Shown here in pieces: positions 63,796-64,000 of a DNA stretch of 64,000 bases. The number at the start of each line of letters is the position of its first letter. Within the stretch, counting starts at the first letter, position 1. The stretch covers positions 126,004,698-126,068,697 of the forward strand of contig NC_068982.1 of NCBI RefSeq assembly GCF_001194135.2, written 5' to 3'. The notes under the pieces are model-generated. The model was not told the DNA's origin, did not search any database, and saw only the letters and a program-made list of their open reading frames with translations. The translations under genes were made by a program, and so were the position numbers. The stretch is from Octopus bimaculoides. Its lineage: Eukaryota.

Positions 63796-64000
63796 AAGAA
63801 TAACATCTATATAAGTACTTCATTAGCTTAAAGCTGTTTCTGCTATAAGAAGCAGTGCACTCAGAGCTGAGTGGTTGTGTAAGCTAATGAAGGTAACTCC
63901 CGTTCCTTTGCCATTCATTAACTGATATTACACTCTGTACTCACCTAGTGCTTCACTCTAAAGCATATGTATATTGAGTTCTAACTAATAAATAGTATCA

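Overview
AT-rich, repeat-dense animal DNA with seven N-gaps. The mix of tRNA-headed SINE families and dense di-/tri-nucleotide microsatellites looks like an octopod cephalopod genome. That assignment is my recognition from memory, not a database result. No host protein-coding gene can be called with confidence. Every recognisable protein sequence is a decayed transposon: three long Tc1/mariner relics and one deleted derivative, a Tigger/pogo transposase, and RTE, CR1 and RLE-type LINE fragments. The rest is several SINE families (my labels A-F, J), MITEs (TTAA/piggyBac-type, TA/Tc1-type, hAT-type), one young solo LTR, a ~3 kb degenerate minisatellite and compound microsatellites. A few short exon-like segments suggest the window may lie in long introns, but support is weak. 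The most interesting item is a tRNA-headed element at 48956-49363 whose tail carries a decayed Penelope-type minimal hammerhead ribozyme, inserted head-to-head with a 14-bp TSD. Also notable: a pri-miRNA-like hairpin at ~46128-46214, a 435-bp-arm foldback at 28671-30048, a microhomology-joined inverted chimera beside a gap at 58520-60306, and a head-to-tail SINE trimer at 48114-48710. All alignments, coordinates and identities were done by eye; the boundaries of old elements are approximate.
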